From Phoronis australis (taxonomy: Eukaryota > Animalia > Phoronida), in assembly GCA_002633005.1 (NCBI GenBank), contig NMRA01000178.1:534062-598061 (forward strand): a stretch of 64,000 nucleotides of DNA. The letters run 5' to 3'. The notes beneath the pieces were generated by a model. That model was not told the DNA's origin. It did not search any database and was given only the letters and a program-made list of their open reading frames with translations. This document shows positions 61,500 through 64,000 of this stretch, in pieces. A program made the translations under genes and the position numbers. Position 1 is the first letter of the stretch. Every line of letters starts with the position of its first letter.

Positions 61500-64000
61500 G
61501 TAAGTCTTTTTTCAGTCTCAGTGTCTGTTGGGGGAATTTCTGCTTTTGAAGCGATTTGCTCCTGTTTTGGTTACCTCAGGCTAGGACATAATCACAGAGA
61601 GAGCAGGGAGGCTTCTGCTTGACCCATTTTCTTATTGTGGTGTGCAGGACAGGCCCAGTTGAAACAGATGAAGCATAATTTCTTTCATTCGTGGACATTT
61701 GAGTTTTTGGTCATTTTGTGTGATTGTTTGAATTTCAAATTTGTCATCATGATGGTTGCAAACTTCTATGAAAAAAACACTAGAAAGTATCAATCGCGAC
61801 CTTCTGCATTAACCAAAAGGAGAGAGCATAATGTTGTCCACCATCTAGTGACCAGGTGTACTGTTATAGTGGATTTCAAACAACTACTGTGAATGAGTTG
61901 AAAGCCAAAAGCTGTGCTTTAGATATTTAGCAAACTTGTGTCTGCCTGCTTCAATGAAAGTCATTGACCCTAACATGTATGTCTCCACCCTTTTCTCCCT
62001 ATGAAGCTTGGCTTAAACAGTAATGGTGAGTTTTGCCATGGAATTTACACTGGCCATTGTATTTCTTCTGGCAATAGCCATTTTAAGTGGTCATTGTATA
62101 TCTCTCCTATGGCAATAGACAATTTCTGATCCTATAGGTGATTAAATTTACCTTGCCACTAGATGACAACAGAGTAGTTGGTTGACAGCTCATGGGATAT
62201 TTTCCTGCATTTTTAGAAATTCTAAATTGTACCCATCAAGCTGTCAAATTGCCGCTGTTTGTGGTTGGAAAGTCAAATGATTCACTTAGAAATCCAATGT
62301 CAATATGTTAATGAATGCAAGAAATTGTCCCTGCCTATTAGAAATTATGTTGAGAGACTTATGTGCTCTCATAACGCGAGAGAGTTGTATAATGGTTCTG
62401 TGCTCTATGACTTAAATTTATTGTTGCATTTATATTCAGCTCACTGGCAGACTTTCAACAGTAATCCCTGCACATGTTGCACACATTACTTCCTGTATGT
62501 GCCTTCCTTTGGACAGCTTTCTGTAAACAGTGGCCATATTTGAGGCAGCCCTTGTCAGAAATGCCCCTACTTCAGGCAGCTGCCTACTTCAGTCCCAAGG
62601 AGATGTCGTATCTCTCAGGCGTTGGGTGTGGCTGTTGAGGAGTGGCACCAGGGCATGTTGCCATGGTGATATTCACTTGGGTTTGGTGACCACAACAACT
62701 CAAGTGTCATCCCATGTACTTCAACTTTTGGAGAAATTGGGAGAAAGGAATCTTACTGCGTTGTTATGATAGTTTGATAGTGTTTGTGAGGTGGATCCAG
62801 AATCATGAGGGGAGCCTGACAATGGTTGATGCAGGATCTTCATGTTATCTCCATCCACAGCAGTAATACATAAGTAGCAGAAAAGGAACAACTGAACCTT
62901 TTGCACTCTGAATCCGCTCTCAGGCATTTAGTGTCATGGTTGCTGCTGCAAAAATAGGGTGTCCCATTATGAATCAATTTTCAAAAGGGGCCATAATCAG
63001 ATTTTAAACAAGCAAGAAGTGTTGTTGAGATGTGGATCATATAGTGGTACAATAACACGATTACTGATAACAATCCCACTGGCCTGCTGTGATGACCACA
63101 GAGATAAGAGAGTAACTTGTATCTTTTTAACTTGTAAGAAAAGACCAAGATGCTGGTATGTGTTTATAAGCTCAGTGATTCTGAGGTATAAACCTTGGAC
63201 CTCACATAGCGACCCTGTAATGCAGTCTACCAGCGGTATCTAATTTGGTACCATTACAAAATTTTATTAACATGATAAATTGAGCTTCGAAGCATGTTGA
63301 CAGGATTCCATTACACCTCTTTGTTCCGTATATGGTATTGAAAAATTTAATTTTAGGCCAGACATGTTACAATTGATTTAGCGCATGACCTGGGGCAACG
63401 ACAAATTTTTCAAATAGCTTAACTGTTGAGTTTTTAGTTGATCTGTTGTCAGTCACTTTGTTCAAGTGTTGTGCTATCAACTGGTTAAGTACTACTCTCC
63501 TGGAACTGGAAATATTTGGTAATATCATACACTCCTTCTCTGGACATCCCAGTTCGTTGTGCCAGTGTAATACTCATCTTATGGTCGTGACCTTTAAAAC
63601 AAAGTTGGACTGCCATTTTCTCTGGTTTTTAGAACTGATTATATGTTCATTCTGAAAAGGTTGCAGTATGCCACTGAGAATCAAGAGTGGTGATTTATTT
63701 CCATGATGTCTAAAAGAACAGTGAAAGAAGGTCTCTTTGTTTCAAAGTGTGACTGGTACTATACTGAATTAATTAACATTAACTCATGAGTACGGAACAA
63801 AGAACTTAATTGGCGACTCTACACTCAGTTCAATACAAAATTAAATCCAAGTACTATTGTGAAATGAGTATGAAACTGATTCAGTCAAATTGGAGAACGA
63901 AGAAACAGATCAGAATTGTTTGTCTCGATAATAAGAGGATTCACTGATTGAGAAAGATGTGTTATCTAAATTGAAGACGGGCTAATCTAAGGTGGTGTTG

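Overview
AT-rich, intron-containing animal genomic DNA, probably from an invertebrate bilaterian (inference; the species cannot be identified from the sequence). All gene models were spliced by hand with reading-phase checks. Four protein-coding genes can be built. (1) A 3-exon, ~811-aa Lys/Arg/Gly/Ser-rich protein with 21-aa repeats, an RG tract and a Cys-rich C-terminus, which I cannot assign to a family (+, 132-5712). (2) A 9-exon death-domain TNF receptor of ~548 aa, most like DR6/TNFRSF21 (-, 30291-9144). (3) FBXO42, 8 exons, ~564 aa (-, 44693-35710). (4) CCDC115/VMA22 with an intronless CDS (+, 46909-47541), head-to-head with FBXO42 across a short gap carrying a strong CTCF motif. FBXO42 intron 3 holds a 5'-truncated non-LTR retrotransposon with an RNase H domain and a perfect 13-bp target-site duplication (TSD). 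There are many MITEs, including CAG...CTG elements with 5-bp and 6-bp TSDs and Harbinger-like elements, plus mini- and microsatellites. Four tandem 'duplications' joined by a single N are most likely unmerged haplotypes. The last ~13 kb may be the 5' part of another + strand gene. No prokaryotic features, CRISPR arrays, rRNA or intact tRNA were seen.
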